Source: Neoechinorhynchus agilis
Lineage: Eukaryota > Animalia > Acanthocephala
Direction of reading: 5' to 3'
Assembly (NCBI GenBank): GCA_051530055.1
Contig: CM121342.1
Location: forward strand, 9,439,480-9,503,479
DNA: 64,000 bases
The position numbers and the translations under genes were made by a program. Below, one piece after another: positions 62,610 to 64,000 of the stretch (its first letter is position 1; each line of letters opens with the position of its first letter). Below the pieces are notes generated by a model, which ran no database searches, was not told where the DNA came from, and saw only the letters and a list, made by a program, of their open reading frames with translations.

Positions 62610-63850
62610 AATGCTATTTCAAATAATATTGCCAATTAATGTTTTAATAAGTCGGCTCAGGGTCTCGGCATCCAGAGTTGTGAATACAGTCGTACTTGGT
62701 TGGGTTCTGGGTGATCTTCCAGAGGTTGAATGTGGCCTCGACCTGCGAGAACCACCGTCGGAGAGAAGGGTACCCACGGAAGCGATTGGGATAGCGTTAA
62801 ACCAAGCACCCGATTCTTTTGTAGAGGCTGCCGCCAATCGAGTTCGGTTCACCAGGTCACGACAATCTGAAATTAAAGAGTTATGAATTCTGGATACCAG
62901 GGGTGAGTCCCAAATTGAATGTTTGCAACCATTGACGTGGACCTGCCCGCTGCCTGAATCTCCACACGAAAGATTAAGAGCCTCCACGAAGTCTTCATTC
63001 AAAGTGTAATTCTCGCCAAGAAAGGATTAAACGATTTTGCGGCTTGCTTCATACAATCCCAAATAAGCTGGCAGAGAAATATCGGCTGCTTTTCGGATAC
63101 CCAAATCGCTGGACGACACAGGCAAGGACGCTTGACGCCTGGCCTCGTCCGACAGCTGAGTATTTAAAATTTTCTCGAGAAAGGCTTTCACCGTATCGTC
63201 TAATTTTGCCAGCTTATCCTTGTGTCTAAAAGCGGTGCTGCGCGCAGTTTATACAGCAGTTTGGGAATAAAGAGGGTGTTTTTGATCAGGAACAGAGCCT
63301 CGTGTAAAGAGAATTCATCAACTCGTTCGCACAGCATCGAAAGGGTCGGTTGAAGGTTGGCAATCTTTTCTTCAACATTGATCAATTCTATCGCGGGGGC
63401 CAGGTTCCAAAAGTCTTTCACTATAGTTTGCCGGACGCCTCATTTTGCACGTTTATCACTAAAATCTTGCATTTCGTAGCATTCAATGCCAATTTTCGCC
63501 ATCTGCTTCACGGGTGTTTCCCAGTCGCGATGTACAACTGAGGGGTTACCTCCGAACGTGACATCATCCAGGTACCAGCCGTTAAGGCTGGACTGGAGAG
63601 AGTGCGCGACGAGATTGACTGTGAGTGAGAAGGCCTAGGGCCCAAAGGATCCCATTGTTGAACTCCTCTTTCTGAACACAAAACCTGGTTATTGAAGAAC
63701 AAGGGTGTCGGAATCCCATAGGCATTAACGAAATAGCGAAATGCTTCTGATGCGTGATCTCTTACTACTTCAAGCAAATCTGCTCGGTGAATTGTGTTGA
63801 ATGCATTTTTGAAATCACATTTCAAGATCACGCATGGGATCGGAAACAAT
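62610..63850 (-). mobile_element. RLE-type non-LTR retrotransposon fragment (RT core)
   Basis: DFKNAFN, ERGVQQWDPLGP and WYLDD across frameshifts; homologous to 25500-26190. Confidence 0.85.
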
Positions 63851-64000
63851 ATCAGTAACCTTTCTATTGTGTCCTTAAAGGAATTTTGATTGGGGCAACC
63901 GAGAAATGGTTTCTATGTAAGACTAATTCGAACTGCCTATTTCAAGCGGATACATCAATACAAAAACGTTGGTCAGACTCATATATTGAGCAGGAATTTC

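Overview
Eukaryotic, animal genomic DNA: AT-rich, with mostly 40-60 nt spliceosomal introns and a protostome-type innexin. A rotifer-like or other spiralian source is inference only. Host genes: voltage-gated Ca channel beta subunit, innexin, rdgB/PITPNM, a head-to-head pair of tubulins (one alpha, one extremely divergent), an ELM2 protein, an acidic orphan, RPS26 with a long C-terminal extension, COX6C head-to-head with EIF3K, and two paralogous class A GPCRs. Genes are interspersed with five tandem-repeat arrays and decayed retroelements (CR1/L2-type LINEs, RLE-type non-LTR elements, Penelope-like elements). Main result: most introns read by hand are ordinary GT-AG, but several junctions give a conserved protein only with non-canonical ends. 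These are TT-AG at the same position in both GPCR paralogs, GT-AC in innexin, GA-AG in rdgB (possibly also EIF3K), and no usable AG in the divergent tubulin. These introns carry inverted repeats near both ends, suggesting a class of structure-assisted non-canonical introns. Other highlights: a foldback made of two hammerhead-like relics inside the alpha-tubulin intron, acceptor-like AG directly before many start codons (possible trans-splicing), and an inverted duplication carrying half of COX6C. All splice calls are manual and need RNA-seq; repeat and transposon boundaries are approximate.
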